A stretch of DNA of 64,000 nucleotides, taken from positions 389,844 to 453,843 of the forward strand of contig JAWBBK010000001.1 of the NCBI GenBank assembly GCA_038824665.1, given 5' to 3'. Positions 17,875 to 27,906 of this stretch are shown in pieces. The position numbers and the translations under genes were made by a program. A model generated the notes under the pieces. It had not been told where the DNA came from and did no database searches. It saw nothing but the letters and a program-made list of their open reading frames with translations. Each line of letters starts with the position of its first letter. The stretch's first letter is position 1. The DNA is from Acidilobaceae archaeon (GTDB lineage: Archaea; Thermoproteota; Thermoprotei_A; Sulfolobales; Acidilobaceae).

Positions 17875-20157
17875 CTAGGTTCGTAGAGAAGTCCAGAGAG
17901 CTGACTTCTCCGATACTCTGCTAACTCCTCCTCTCTTCTCTACATGTACGAGCAGATCGGCTACTTCTTCAACTTCTGGATCGTGAGTTACTACGATTAT
18001 TTGGTCTATGTATCCAGCCATCTCTCTTATGGTTTGAAACACAGTCTTCCTTACCTCAACGTCTAGATACTCTGTAGGCTCGTCAAGAATAAGCGCAGAA
18101 ACCCTCTTGCCAGATATCATTGAAGCTAGCGCCATCCTTGAAACTATGGCTAACATCGTCTTCTCTCCTCCGCTAAGCGAGCTTATAGAAAGACTCTGTC
18201 CTCCTCTCTTCACATATATTTCTAAGTCTTTACCTAAATCTATGAGAAAGTCTCTGTTTAGTTTAGTCAATACGTCGTTGACGGTCGTGACGAAATTCTT
18301 TCTAAAGCTTTCTAATACAACCTTGCTGAGCTGACCGCTCTTGCCTAAGTAGTCCTCATGGAGTCTGCTAGCTATCTTAACTACTTTCTTCTTAACCTCT
18401 AAAGACTTGACTGTATCTCTCAGCTTGTTAAGTTCTGTCTCTTTGGCTGAGAGCTGTGACCTTAAGGCGTTCAGCTCTCCACGAATTAGAGACAGCTCCT
18501 CTTTGGCTCTTCCTAGCTCTCTCGACATGCTTTCGTAACTGTTGTTCAACTCCAGGTATTTCTTTTCGAGTTCTTCTGGTGAAAGCCCTTTACTCTTGAG
18601 AATGTCGTAAACTTTAGAGAGTTCTTCAGCGCTGAACTGTGATATAGCTAATCTGAGGCTCTCTAAAGAGCCCAATTTTCGCGCTAAAAGCTTTTCGATC
18701 TCTTCTGCTTCTTCCACAAGCTTAGCTATCTCTTTTAGTTTACAGTCAACGAAGCTCTCTGCTTTAGGAAAACCAAGCTTTGAGGCGAGTTCGTTGTATC
18801 TCTCGAGAAAGGACTTAAGTTCTTTCTGAGCGTTATCCAAGTCCTGCTTTAGCCTTTCCGCTTCTCTAGAGATATCTGCTACTTCTCTCAAGACGTTCTC
18901 TAGACGTCTTCTACGAGCCGTTATCTCTTCGAGCGACATCTTGACTTTAGGCAACTCTTCTCTTAGCTCTTTGAGTCTAGTTATGTGCGTCTCTATCATA
19001 TGCTTTTTGCGCTCTTCATTAAGAGGACTACCGCAAAGCGGACACTTATCTCCTGAAAGTCCAGCTTGAAGAGTAGCTGAGAGCAACTTCTCCTCTGCTG
19101 AGAGTTCTTTGTACTTATGAACTAAGTCTTCCTCGAGTTTCCTCAGTTCTTCAACCTCTTTTTCCACATCGCTTAACGTGGAATTGCCTAAAAGGCTCTT
19201 TAAACGATCTTCTGCTTTTTTCAAGAGGTCTTCTATCGTTCTGACACGATTGTTCACTGTAACATAATATGAAAGTCCTCTCTCTACTAACTCTTTAGCT
19301 TCTCTAAATGGAGCTAGCTTTTTCAGCTTCCTCTTTAGTTCCTCTACTTCTGACTCTAGCGTCTCTATCTCTCGCTTGTATCTCTCATAGGCTCTTAGCT
19401 TGTCGAGTGAAGTCCAAAGACTTCTGTACTCCTCGACCTCCTTCTTGAGGGTTTCCGTTTTCTTTTCTAACTCTTCGACCTTGTTGAGAGCGCTCTTCTC
19501 CTTGTTTTCCAGTTCTTCAACTCTTTTACGAAGTTGCGCTCGCTCTGCTTCTAGCTTGCGTAGTCTCTCTTCTTCTTTCTCAAGCAAAGCGACTTCTATC
19601 TCGAGACCTCTTAGAGCTCTTCCCAGAGTCTCTTTGGCTTTATCGAGCCAAGCCATACCGAGGAGGTCTAAGATCATTTCTGCTCTTTTCGAAGGCTCGC
19701 TGTCTATGAAGTCTGAGAGATGTCCTTGTCTTGCTACTAACGTATATGATAGAACCTTCAAGTTCTTCAAGCCTAAGAGTTCGCTCATCTTGTTACAAAA
19801 GCTATCTTTGCCGTGAGCTATTAGTTGTCCTGTACACTCTTTAAGAATGAATTGACTCTGAGCCTCTTCAAGCGACGTCGTGATCGTTCTCTCAACTCGA
19901 TAACACTTACCGCTTATTTCGAACTCTACAGCTATAGATGCTTTCGTCGATCCTACTCTGACCATGTTAGAAAGTTCTGCTCTAACTGTTTCCTCTCCTC
20001 TAACACACCCTCCTACGAGAGCGAAAATTATCGAATCGATTATAGAGCTCTTACCGCTCCCGTTGGGTCCTACTATTGCGTTAACTCCTCTTCCAAACTC
20101 AACTACAGTATGTTCGTGAGACATCACGTTCTTCAGCTCAACTTTTTTGATCATCAA
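17875..20157 (-). CDS. rad50: Rad50 ATPase
   Basis: GPNGSGKSS, Q-loop ARQG, CPLCG zinc hook inside coiled coil, LSGGE, ILDEPT, VTHD. Confidence 0.92.
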   Translation of the reverse strand: MMIKKVELKNVMSHEHTVVEFGRGVNAIVGPNGSGKSSIIDSIIFALVGGCVRGEETVRAELSNMVRVGSTKASIAVEFEISGKCYRVERTITTSLEEAQSQFILKECTGQLIAHGKDSFCNKMSELLGLKNLKVLSYTLVARQGHLSDFIDSEPSKRAEMILDLLGMAWLDKAKETLGRALRGLEIEVALLEKEEERLRKLEAERAQLRKRVEELENKEKSALNKVEELEKKTETLKKEVEEYRSLWTSLDKLRAYERYKREIETLESEVEELKRKLKKLAPFREAKELVERGLSYYVTVNNRVRTIEDLLKKAEDRLKSLLGNSTLSDVEKEVEELRKLEEDLVHKYKELSAEEKLLSATLQAGLSGDKCPLCGSPLNEERKKHMIETHITRLKELREELPKVKMSLEEITARRRRLENVLREVADISREAERLKQDLDNAQKELKSFLERYNELASKLGFPKAESFVDCKLKEIAKLVEEAEEIEKLLARKLGSLESLRLAISQFSAEELSKVYDILKSKGLSPEELEKKYLELNNSYESMSRELGRAKEELSLIRGELNALRSQLSAKETELNKLRDTVKSLEVKKKVVKIASRLHEDYLGKSGQLSKVVLESFRKNFVTTVNDVLTKLNRDFLIDLGKDLEIYVKRGGQSLSISSLSGGEKTMLAIVSRMALASMISGKRVSALILDEPTEYLDVEVRKTVFQTIREMAGYIDQIIVVTHDPEVEEVADLLVHVEKRGGVSRVSEKSALWTSLRT

Positions 20158-20163
20158 GAGCTT

Positions 20164-21384
20164 TCACCTACAATACGAAAGAGCGCTTTCTAGCGACTTG
20201 AGTAAAGCCTTAGCTCCATCTTCTGAAGGAGAGCTGACGAAATCTTTCAGCTTATCTACGATCTCATTAACGCTTAAGCAATCCTCTCGAACTCCCTCTT
20301 TCTTCAACAATTGCCTAAAGGCGTTCATGAATACTTGAGAGAGTTCTAATTGTTGAACCTCTTCAGAGAGTCGAGCTTTAGTCTCCTCTTGTTGTCTAGA
20401 GTGGAAGACATAGTCGAGAGCTTCTCCGCTTGTCACCAAGACTCGCAACTTCTGTAAGAGCTTCTCTCTCTTGGCTTTATCTATAGGGTCTGTGACCTCT
20501 ATGTAGAGAAGAGGAGGTTTGCCCTGTCCTCTCTTCAGCTCCTCAACAGACTTCATGATTTGAGCATAAGGAGCTCTCAGGACTATCCACGGTCTGACGC
20601 TCTTCAGCTCTATCCTTCTAACCTCAGCGAGAGTTCCGTCTTCGAGTTTGATGAGATACACGAATCTTCTTCCGCCGCTTCTCTCATACTCATCTACAGC
20701 AAAATGTTCTGTGGCTCCTGGGTACACAGCTCTTCCGCCGCTTGGAAGCTTACCTTCCCAAACCACATGAACGTCTCCTAGAGCTGCATAGTCTACGTTT
20801 CCAGTTATATCGGTAGAGAGAAGAGGAGTCTGCGAACTGCACTTCTCTAGGGGAATTCCTTCAGCATCTTTAAGAGCGTCACAAAGCCTCGCGTGAGCCA
20901 AAGCTATCAGGAACTCTTCTCTCTTCTTCTCTATAGAAAACGTCCTGAGAGCAGAAAGTCCGGTAGGTGGAAAGATCGCTAATATAACCTTCTTATCGAC
21001 TCCTACTCTGTGTATAGTAGGACCATGAGGTTTTCCAGGATCTGGACCTTTAGCCAATCCCGCTATCTCGAGCAGTCTTACGGGAGACCCTTCATCTATC
21101 GCTTTAGGATATTCGTGATTGCCTGGAGACACATAGAACTCTATACCTTTCTCCGCTAGAGAGAGCAGAGGCTTGAAGGCCGCTATAAGCGTAAACGGTT
21201 TAGGCGTGCTTTTGTCGAACATATCTCCTGCGTGAAGAACAGCGTCGACTTTTTCTCTCTTAGCTATCTCAACTACTTCTGCAAACGCCTCATAAACGTC
21301 TTTCTCTCTATCTAAGAGACCGTATTGTTTAATGCCTAGATGAGTATCAGAAACGTGTAAGAACTTCACTGTATAGCTAACCAA
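20164..21384 (-). CDS. mre11: Mre11 nuclease
   Basis: HVSDTHLG, AGDMFD, PGNHE, YAALGDVH, YPG; adjacent to rad50. Confidence 0.9.
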   Translation of the reverse strand: MVSYTVKFLHVSDTHLGIKQYGLLDREKDVYEAFAEVVEIAKREKVDAVLHAGDMFDKSTPKPFTLIAAFKPLLSLAEKGIEFYVSPGNHEYPKAIDEGSPVRLLEIAGLAKGPDPGKPHGPTIHRVGVDKKVILAIFPPTGLSALRTFSIEKKREEFLIALAHARLCDALKDAEGIPLEKCSSQTPLLSTDITGNVDYAALGDVHVVWEGKLPSGGRAVYPGATEHFAVDEYERSGGRRFVYLIKLEDGTLAEVRRIELKSVRPWIVLRAPYAQIMKSVEELKRGQGKPPLLYIEVTDPIDKAKREKLLQKLRVLVTSGEALDYVFHSRQQEETKARLSEEVQQLELSQVFMNAFRQLLKKEGVREDCLSVNEIVDKLKDFVSSPSEDGAKALLKSLESALSYCR

Positions 21385-21433
21385 CCTTGACCCTATGTCT
21401 GAATGAAGCTGAGAGCTTAATTAGAACTTACCT

Positions 21434-22183
21434 TTAGCCTTCGTGGAAATCCGAGAGGACTTCTACGACCTCAACCTTTTCTGCTCCTTTCTTCAGCTCC
21501 TCTAAAGCCTCTTTAGCTGTCTTAAGTGCTACTAGAGCTATTACGCGAGTTCCTGTTTTCTTAGCCATAGAGAGCAACGCTGAGATCTTGCTAACGTCTT
21601 TGAGTTCTACCTCTACGAGGATTACCCCGTTACCGTTATCGAGACACTGTTTAGGAACAAGCACTGAGAAGACCTCTCCGCTTGAAGGAGACCTAAAGTG
21701 AGTAGCCAAAATTCCTTTAGGCTCTGCTTTGATTCTATCTGAAACCACACAGACGTCCGCCTCAAACTCTATAGCTAAGACTGTAGCCAAGGGAAGAGAT
21801 TCGTAAGACATAGCTATGACAGCATCGATACCGCTATCTCTCTCATCTTTAAGCATTTGAGACGCTATGTGAGAGACCAGTTGTAGGAACCCTGTGTCTC
21901 TAAGAAGTACGTGAAGTCCTCCGTTAGCTAGAGATTGAGAGACTCTCTCTTTAAGAGCTTTTTCGAGAAGTCTTAACTCTCGAGTCTTCTCTACTATCTT
22001 CTCAGCTGTCTCTCTTTCTGGAACGCTCAAGAGGTTTGCATATCTCCAGAGGTTCTGAAAGTGCACTCCATAAACTCGCTCGAGAACTCTATAACTGTAA
22101 AAACGAGAGAGGATCTGAAGGACCTTTATGGCTTCTCTTCTGACCTCGCTATGTCTTTGTTCTTCTCCAGGGTCTTTGGCCAT
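21434..22183 (-). CDS. HTH plus degenerate phosphoribosyltransferase-fold protein (putative regulator)
   Basis: N-terminal YSYRVLERVYGVHFQNLWRY HTH; PRT-like IDAVIAM..SLPLA; PRPP loop degenerate (VILVEVEL). Confidence 0.65.
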   Translation of the reverse strand: MAKDPGEEQRHSEVRREAIKVLQILSRFYSYRVLERVYGVHFQNLWRYANLLSVPERETAEKIVEKTRELRLLEKALKERVSQSLANGGLHVLLRDTGFLQLVSHIASQMLKDERDSGIDAVIAMSYESLPLATVLAIEFEADVCVVSDRIKAEPKGILATHFRSPSSGEVFSVLVPKQCLDNGNGVILVEVELKDVSKISALLSMAKKTGTRVIALVALKTAKEALEELKKGAEKVEVVEVLSDFHEG

Positions 22184-22237
22184 GATCCCTCCTATTCCTC
22201 CAAGCTTGTATTAAAGCGAAACGGGGCTAAATATGTT

Positions 22238-23887
22238 CTAACCTTCGCGTTTAAGAGCTTTAAGCAGTGAGCGCAGAGAGAGTTCCGCTAAGGCTATAGG
22301 GTATTCTAAGCCTAACGTTTCTAGAACTTCTGGACGCACTTCACCCATCCATCCGAGTTCTAAACCGTTACACATTATTGAGGCTTGTCTTCCTTTTATC
22401 AAGAAGCTCAAGCGCGAAGGCTCTACATAGAAGTTCAAGCCTAAAATTCTGATCAGAGAGTAAACGACAGCTTGAATGTCTTCGTAGCCAACTGAGTAGT
22501 CGAGAATACCGAGCGCAAACCTGAAGTCTTCTCTAACTGATCCGCTCGACCTCGAAATCGCAGGACCTATCTCAAATACTTTTAGAGGCTTCTCTTTATG
22601 TTGCTCTTCTCTAAACACTTCTAGCAAGGTAATTGCCAAGGTGGGTCTCAGAACGCTGTACTCGAGTTGAACTGGGTTGCTTACATGAATCACTTCATCA
22701 GCCACTTCTAGAGCTGAAACCATATGAGGACTCGTTAGCGTTAAACGAGCCACTTCTACGAAGCCGAACCCGATAGCTAGCTCTCTTAGCTTTTTGGCTA
22801 ATTTCGTAGCCTCAGAGAGAGTTCCTACTGTGTATATCCTGACGTCTCTTTTGCCTTCCGATATCTTTTCGTAACCGATAGAGATCGCAAGGTCTTCAGC
22901 TAAATCTATAGGCTTCATGACGTCTATCCTGAAAGGTGCAACGCTTACTTCGATGAAGTTCTCATAAACTGAGACGTTGTGTAACATCCTCTCCAGATGG
23001 TCCGCTATCTCATCTACGCTTAGCTCAATTCCTATAGATTTTGTGAAGAAGTCTTTAGTAGTGCTCATTCTGATCGAGCTGAATATTGGACAGACCTTCT
23101 TAGCTTCTCCGAACTCTACCTCAACCATCTCTACTTGAGCTCCACGTCTTTCAGCTAGCGTCGATACTAAAATGTCTAAAACCGTTAGAACTGTCTTCTC
23201 ATCTGTTCCCGTCACGTCAATAAATAGATCTTTAGTTCCAACCTCGACTTTAGTGATATCTGAGTTGAGCACAGGAGGTATGGCTATAACGTGATCTCCT
23301 GCTATCAGAGCCGGATGTCTCCCTTTGTGAAGAGCTATGTTACCGTATGCTCTGCCTTTCTCGGTTTCATTCAAGACTTCTCCTATAGTCGTTTCTTCAG
23401 AGCTCCCTAGAGGTCTGAACTTGGTCTTTAAGTCTACGAGAACGTACTCTATGTGTTTAGAGGGGAGCTTGTTCAGGTCGTGAAGTCCTATTGCTACCTT
23501 CTTCCTCCTCCTGCCTAATCCGTCATGAAGCTTTTCCTGAAACTGAATGAGTTCTTCTAAAAAGTCCTCAGAGTCTACGTTAACGTTTCTGACTACAGCA
23601 CAAGCTATATATGGTCTAGAGGACACCTCGTTCACGCTAACCGATACAGAAGACCTGAAGGTCTTGGGTAACCTCCAACCTCTTCTTTTGCCTAGAAGTC
23701 CGTTTACTGCTCTGGCTATCCCCTCTCCTATAAGCATATCGGGTCTGTCGCTATTGACCTCTATCTGAGCATAGTCCCCGCTGACCTCGAGTTCGCACTT
23801 GAGTCTAAAGAGAGCTTCTTCTAACTCTCTTAACTTCAGTTCCGTGAGTTCTTCAAGTCTCCAGGTTTTGACTCTTATAACAGGCAT
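22238..23887 (-). CDS. pheT: Phenylalanine--tRNA ligase beta subunit
   Basis: NSDRPD, RPYIACAVVR, QEKLHDGLGRRR, FRID, DLAEDLAISIGY. Confidence 0.95.
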   Translation of the reverse strand: MPVIRVKTWRLEELTELKLRELEEALFRLKCELEVSGDYAQIEVNSDRPDMLIGEGIARAVNGLLGKRRGWRLPKTFRSSVSVSVNEVSSRPYIACAVVRNVNVDSEDFLEELIQFQEKLHDGLGRRRKKVAIGLHDLNKLPSKHIEYVLVDLKTKFRPLGSSEETTIGEVLNETEKGRAYGNIALHKGRHPALIAGDHVIAIPPVLNSDITKVEVGTKDLFIDVTGTDEKTVLTVLDILVSTLAERRGAQVEMVEVEFGEAKKVCPIFSSIRMSTTKDFFTKSIGIELSVDEIADHLERMLHNVSVYENFIEVSVAPFRIDVMKPIDLAEDLAISIGYEKISEGKRDVRIYTVGTLSEATKLAKKLRELAIGFGFVEVARLTLTSPHMVSALEVADEVIHVSNPVQLEYSVLRPTLAITLLEVFREEQHKEKPLKVFEIGPAISRSSGSVREDFRFALGILDYSVGYEDIQAVVYSLIRILGLNFYVEPSRLSFLIKGRQASIMCNGLELGWMGEVRPEVLETLGLEYPIALAELSLRSLLKALKREG

Positions 23888-23888
23888 T

Positions 23889-25370
23889 TTACCACCTCTG
23901 AGGGAACCTCTTGATGAAATCGATGTCGCTGAAGTAGAGCATCCTTATATCGGGAAGTCCATAATAGGCAGCAGCTAGCCTCTCAATTCCAAAGCCCCAA
24001 GCTCCTACTGGATAGTCGATGTCAGCCATCTCTAAGACCTCTGGTCTGAATAGTCCAGCTCCAAAGAGTTCTAACCATTTGCCGCTAGGGAGTCTCACGT
24101 AGCCTTCGACGCTCGGCTCTGTGAACGGGAAGTAAGCAGGTTTGAACTTTACCTCTAGCCCTAACCTTTCGAATATCTCTCTCAAGGTTAAGAGCAAGTC
24201 TTTAAAGGTGTATCCGTACCAACCTTCAATTCCATCGAGTTGATGGAACTCTGGAAGATGGGTTGCATCTACAGCGTCGTGTCTGAAAACTCTTCCCAAC
24301 GTGAAGAACCTGATAGGAGGTTTAGGCTTTAGAAGCGCTAAGGTTCTGATCGAAACGGCTGTTGTCTGACTCCTCAACATGATTCTTGAAGCTAGCTCTC
24401 TACTCCACTTGTAGCCCCAGTTCTTTTCATGAACTTCAGCTACCTTTGAGACCAGCTCTCTTCCATAAAGCTCTTCTATCTCTTGTGGCTCCACTTTGAG
24501 CCACAGAGAGTCGTGAATTTCTCTGGCTGGATGGTCTTGAGCTTGGAACAACATATCGAAGTTGAAGAGTTCAACCTCTACAAGAGGTCCCTCTACTTCC
24601 TTAAAGCCTAGTTCTACCATTACGTCTTTTATCTTTTCTATGAACTCTTGAAGGAAGTGATGCCTAGCGGGAAGCGCTAGATATGGCTCAACTCTTATGT
24701 CATACTCTTTAAGAGAACAACTTCTCCAAGTCTTTGACCTCAATATGTCATGAGTGAGCTTCGAGATCTCGACCTTAACGCTCTTCAGGATCTCCTGAGG
24801 GTCACTTCTTAGCCTCACGTAATAAACAGTCTCTACGACTTTCTTAACTAGCCCTCTCTTTAGAAGCTCGTCTAGCTGACTGAGGTCTATATCTTCAATC
24901 CGAGACTCCGCTATAGCTCTTAGAGTTCTCTCTTGAGCTTCCACAGTCTTTAGAGCCTTGTCTCTACTGAGTGCAAGCCTTACGAGGCCTCGCTCTACGA
25001 CCACTATCCCTTTCTCTTTGGCCTTACCTACAGCTATACTTGCCTCCTCTCCGAGGATCTCAGCGACCTCGCTAAGCCTCATTGAGCCATCTTTCGATAC
25101 TAGGATCTCTATGAGCTTTCTTTCTGGAAGCCCTTCTCGAAGAGCCTCTAGACCTCTGTCAGTAATCTCATACGACTCTCTATTCACTTCTTCGAGATCT
25201 ACCAGCCCTTTCTCTTTTAGCAACATTAGATAGCTAGAAAGACTCGATCTATCTAATCCTAAGGCTTTAGTGATATAATCTAAACTGCCTTCACGAAATC
25301 CCTTTTCGGCCATTAACCTCAGAACTCTGTACTCACCCTCGCTAACTATCCAAACAATAATGAACACCAC
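23889..25370 (-). CDS. pheS: Phenylalanine--tRNA ligase alpha subunit
   Basis: QDHPAREIHD, LRSQTT, GRVFR, THLPEFHQ, YFPFTEPS, WGFGIERL. Confidence 0.96.
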   Translation of the reverse strand: MVFIIVWIVSEGEYRVLRLMAEKGFREGSLDYITKALGLDRSSLSSYLMLLKEKGLVDLEEVNRESYEITDRGLEALREGLPERKLIEILVSKDGSMRLSEVAEILGEEASIAVGKAKEKGIVVVERGLVRLALSRDKALKTVEAQERTLRAIAESRIEDIDLSQLDELLKRGLVKKVVETVYYVRLRSDPQEILKSVKVEISKLTHDILRSKTWRSCSLKEYDIRVEPYLALPARHHFLQEFIEKIKDVMVELGFKEVEGPLVEVELFNFDMLFQAQDHPAREIHDSLWLKVEPQEIEELYGRELVSKVAEVHEKNWGYKWSRELASRIMLRSQTTAVSIRTLALLKPKPPIRFFTLGRVFRHDAVDATHLPEFHQLDGIEGWYGYTFKDLLLTLREIFERLGLEVKFKPAYFPFTEPSVEGYVRLPSGKWLELFGAGLFRPEVLEMADIDYPVGAWGFGIERLAAAYYGLPDIRMLYFSDIDFIKRFPQRW

Positions 25371-25491
25371 TGAGAGTCGTTGTATTCGAGAAGGCTATTT
25401 AAGTTTCACCAGCTGTCTTTATGTCAACATATTGACATCTAGCTCGTACGCTTAGCTTTATCGCTAACCGCTAAGTTATGTGCTCTCTGTT

Positions 25492-26469
25492 TCACTCGGG
25501 ATCTCTTATGCCGAACTCCGTTATAGCGAAAGTCGTCTCAGCTTCAGGTAAATGAGGAGCATCCACAACTCTAGCTATCCTTCTGTTGCCCTTGCTCTTC
25601 TTTAGATAAACTCTGACTCCAGGAGCATGAGCTACCACGTGACCTCCTACAGCAGTAGTAGGGTCTCCAAAGAATATGTCTGGTCTAGCCATCACCTGGT
25701 TGGTAACGACTACGGCTGAATCGAAGACCTCAGCAAGTCTCATGAGTTGATGAAGGTGTTTGTTCAGCAACTGTTGTCTCAAAGCCAGGTTCTCTCTGCC
25801 TGGATACTCAGCTCTGAAGTGACCTGTAAGAGAGTCTACTATCACTAGCCTTATGTTGTTCTTTGGGATCACCTCGTAAAGCTTCTCTACTACAGCCATC
25901 TGATGATGACTGTTTATAGCTCTGATCCATAGTATGTTTTCCATAGCTTTATCCGGATCTAGGCCGATGGCTCTAGCCATCTGCTCTAGTCTCTCCCATC
26001 TGAAAGTCCCTTCTGTGTCTATATATACAGCTCTGGCAGAAAGCCCTCCTCTGTCTTCTGGCAACTGAACGTTAATGGCTAGCTGATGACACAGTTGAGT
26101 CTTCCCAGACCCATACTCACCGTAAAACTCAGTTATTGTTCTAGTCTCTACGCCTCCTCCCAATAGCTCATCAAGATTTCTGCTACCGGTAGTTATCTTC
26201 TTAGCTCCCATCCTTTCTCTCTTAAGTTCTAGAGCTGTTCTGATCGTGATGTCAAGTGCTTTTCTAGCTTCTTCTACTATCTTCTGAGCCGTAGCTAGAG
26301 GGATATTAGCCGCAAGCGAAATCTCGTGAGGGGTAGCTACAGCTATGGCTTCTATGGTGGCATACCCAGCTTCTATTAGCTTCTGCGCTGTCGCAGGACC
26401 TACTCCAGGCAGGTCTGTGAGGTCTCTTATCTTTCGGGACTCGCCCACGTCGATCTCCCTAGAGTCCAT
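25492..26469 (-). CDS. radA: DNA repair and recombination protein RadA
   Basis: N-terminal HhH LPGVGP; GEYGSGKTQ; YIDTEGTF; [11 protein letters not shown]; HLPEAE. Confidence 0.97.
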   Translation of the reverse strand: MDSREIDVGESRKIRDLTDLPGVGPATAQKLIEAGYATIEAIAVATPHEISLAANIPLATAQKIVEEARKALDITIRTALELKRERMGAKKITTGSRNLDELLGGGVETRTITEFYGEYGSGKTQLCHQLAINVQLPEDRGGLSARAVYIDTEGTFRWERLEQMARAIGLDPDKAMENILWIRAINSHHQMAVVEKLYEVIPKNNIRLVIVDSLTGHFRAEYPGRENLALRQQLLNKHLHQLMRLAEVFDSAVVVTNQVMARPDIFFGDPTTAVGGHVVAHAPGVRVYLKKSKGNRRIARVVDAPHLPEAETTFAITEFGIRDPE

Positions 26470-26530
26470 AGTTTAAAGTAAAGCCTAATAGGATCTCGGG
26501 GAGTCTCTCGGATCTAATAATCAGTCAGCG

Positions 26531-26686
26531 CTAATAGTTCTCGACCTTTCCCAAAACTTCGTGCATAGTGTTCTTCTTGCAGGTAGAACAATAAAGGTAT
26601 ATCTTTTCGAACTCAGATAAGTCATAACTGACTTCTAGCTTCCACTCTTTAGAACACATAGTACACCTCAGCTTCCAACCTGTCAT
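26531..26686 (-). CDS. Small zinc-ribbon protein (51 aa, absent from the ORF track)
   Basis: MTGWKLRCTMCSKEWKLEVSYDLSEFEKIYLYCSTCKKNTMHEVLGKVENY*; ATG overlaps the upstream TGA (ATGA); two CxxC motifs. Confidence 0.8.
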   Translation of the reverse strand: MTGWKLRCTMCSKEWKLEVSYDLSEFEKIYLYCSTCKKNTMHEVLGKVENY

Positions 26687-27006
26687 TCCTCTCGACCTGT
26701 GTCTCCGCTAGATACAACTTGAACTTTAATCTCACTAGCTATCCTTACCTTTTCTATAAATATCCTAGTCGAGGGCTCAAAGAGCATTCTGATGTAGAAA
26801 AGAGCGTCTATCGGAAATATCAATATCTTAGACTCACTGAACCCACAGATCTCACAGGAGACATGGTACTGAACTCTCAAACCGCTCCCCTCAGGACCGT
26901 TTAGAACGTACTTATACTCGACAGGAGTCGAGCAGTTAGGGCAGAGTCCGTACTCTCTGACCTCATGATGTAAGCTACTCAAAGCGCCCCTCTGACTCCG
27001 TTGCAA
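26683..27006 (-). CDS. Zinc-finger protein
   Basis: CPNC...CEICG. Confidence 0.7.
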   Translation of the reverse strand: MQRSQRGALSSLHHEVREYGLCPNCSTPVEYKYVLNGPEGSGLRVQYHVSCEICGFSESKILIFPIDALFYIRMLFEPSTRIFIEKVRIASEIKVQVVSSGDTGREE

Positions 27007-27041
27007 CTCTGCTCTTAAAGAGGGGATAGCTTAAACTAAAT

Positions 27042-27713
27042 CTATGATTGACTTTCTTGCTCTCCTGGTTCTCTTCCTATGAGCCCTCTGTTCTTTAAGA
27101 TCCTAACGAGTCTCCTCAAAAGTGGTCTTATAGCTCTTCGAGCTTCTAGACTTCCGTAGACTTCGAGAGCCGCCTTTCTCAGACTTCCTTTCTGAGCTAT
27201 AGTTTCTAAGAGCTTCACCTCTCTTTCGGAAAGTTCTTCTCGCAGATATCTCAGAGCTATTCTAGCCACATCGACAGAACTCAAACCTAGATAGGGATGT
27301 TCATAATCTAGTTCGCTGAACTTCTGAACGACTTTTAGCTCTATCACGCTAACTACTTCGTTCTCGTCTATCTTGTTGAGAGAGTACATCTTTCTCAAAG
27401 CCTTTAGGAGGTCTCCTAAAGAGTTAAAACCATCGTTTAGAGCGTCTTCTTCTGTGAGTTCTCTTATAGTCTTGTACTCTACTCTAACGACTTCTGCCTT
27501 AGCCAAAGGTCTGCCGCGACTGTGAATTATCACTTCTCTATATTTAGGGATCACTCTACCTAGCCTTATCGTGGTCTTCTTCTTCCCTTCGAGAAGCAGA
27601 TCTGCAAACTCTCCCTTCAGCATCAAATGTCTCCCTAAATAGACTACCCTAGCTGATCGTTGACTTAGATAGCGTCTGTTCTGCCCTCCTGAATTGTTGT
27701 AAGCTTCTTTCAT
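27042..27713 (-). CDS. ASCH-domain protein with C-terminal HTH
   Basis: LLLEGKKKTTIR and LTEEDALNDGF ASCH motifs; LSEREVKLLETIAQKGSLRKAA HTH. Confidence 0.82.
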   Translation of the reverse strand: MKEAYNNSGGQNRRYLSQRSARVVYLGRHLMLKGEFADLLLEGKKKTTIRLGRVIPKYREVIIHSRGRPLAKAEVVRVEYKTIRELTEEDALNDGFNSLGDLLKALRKMYSLNKIDENEVVSVIELKVVQKFSELDYEHPYLGLSSVDVARIALRYLREELSEREVKLLETIAQKGSLRKAALEVYGSLEARRAIRPLLRRLVRILKNRGLIGREPGEQESQS

Positions 27714-27850
27714 TTAAATCACACCTACAGGGTCTCTACGGACTTCCTTCAGAGACTGTAAAACTTTATGGGCTGACGGGTTAAAGCTATAGAGGTCTCA
27801 ACCGATAAGTAACGCTAAGCTTTTCCGACCTGCTGGTGATCCTAGTCCTG

Positions 27851-27903
27851 GCCGATGAGCTGTACGCCATCGCCTGAGCGATGAAGAGGCTCGCCTCTGC
27901 GAG
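27851..27903 (+). ncRNA. Putative box C/D sRNA (possibly two in tandem from about 27801)
   Basis: CCGATGA - GCTGTACGCCATCGC - CTGA - ATGAAGA - GGCTCGCCTC; GC-rich intergenic stretch; final D box is unclear. Confidence 0.5.
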
Positions 27904-27906
27904 GCT

